64,000 bases of DNA from Octopus vulgaris (lineage: Eukaryota). Both the position numbers and the translations under genes were made by a program. The notes under the pieces were generated by a model. The model did no database searches and was not told where the DNA came from. It worked only from the letters and a program-made list of their open reading frames with translations. Position 1 is the stretch's first letter. The number at the start of each line of letters is the position of its first letter. Shown here piece by piece: positions 63,436-64,000 of this stretch. The stretch is from the NCBI GenBank assembly GCA_951406725.2, contig OX597831.1, positions 23,188,001 to 23,252,000 of the forward strand, written 5' to 3'.

Positions 63436-64000
63436 AAATTTATTCAATAAAATTGCCATTGGCTTCAAACATAGCCTCCAGACGACTTTGGAATCTCCTG
63501 CAATTCTTCTGGACAGTCTCCAAGATTAAGTTGGTGAATGCTGCCATAATCTTTGGCTTCAGTTCATCTTTGGTGTTACTAGGAGTTTGTTGGTCTCTCA
63601 CTCAACCACACATTGTGCATAATAATGATGGGGGGCTGCAGTGTGGGGAGTTAGGTGGTCACATGTTAGGGGTCATTGGTCACAGAAATTGCCTGACAGC
63701 CGTGAGTTGGTTCTCCTGCTTGAGTGGCATGGTGCAGAGTCCTGTTGCAGGACATAGGGTCTTCCAGCAGCCACCCTGTTGATTCAGGGCAGCAGTACCT
63801 CCTCCAGGCACTTGATGTAGGTCTCCATGTTATGTCTGAGGCTGTGTGGCAAGATGAATGGAAGCATAACATCACCATCACTAGTGATCACTTTAAACAT
63901 CATGATGTTGACTGGATGTTTGATTTTTATCACTCTTGGTACATGTCCTCAGATAGCACAATACTCAGATTGACATCCAAACACTGAAACGCTTATATGG
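63436..64000 (-). mobile_element. DD37D (maT-like) mariner fragment including the transposase C-terminus
   Basis: Homologous to 14985-15327; continues PPNSPHCSP...NTKDELKPKIMAAFTNL...RRFQSRLEAMFEANGNFIE*. Confidence 0.85.

Overview
AT-rich eukaryotic DNA packed with microsatellites and transposable elements. The repeat repertoire resembles what I recall of octopus (coleoid cephalopod) genomes; this is inference, not a database result. I found no convincing host protein-coding gene, true tRNA/rRNA gene or CRISPR array. Nearly all listed ORFs are translations of (TA)n, (TG)n, (ATT)n and (CAC)n repeats. The real coding remnants are all mobile-element derived: a 5'-truncated CR1-clade LINE with an open RT C-terminus (7211-8228, -), a 5'-truncated RTE-clade LINE with one frameshift (54767-56839, +), several decayed RTE fragments and three Tc1/mariner transposase fragments (two of them DD37D/maT-like). 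Non-coding repeats include four tRNA-headed SINE families (my labels A, B, D, E), a (TAA)n-associated element (F), piggyBac-, Tc2- and hAT-type MITEs, a candidate solo LTR and Penelope-like fragments. The main leads are: (1) a C4HC3 PHD-finger-pattern domain inside the RTE ORF2 just after the RT active site; (2) a copy-number-variable 63-bp hairpin array in the same LINE's 3'UTR; (3) a shared, covarying 3' stem-loop between SINE A and the CR1 LINE; (4) dimeric and modularly shuffled SINEs, some confirmed by target-site duplications; (5) a perfect 174-bp palindrome, a 79-nt hairpin and degenerate hammerhead-like motifs. Coordinates were read by eye; edges of degenerate repeats are approximate (about +/-10-20 bp).
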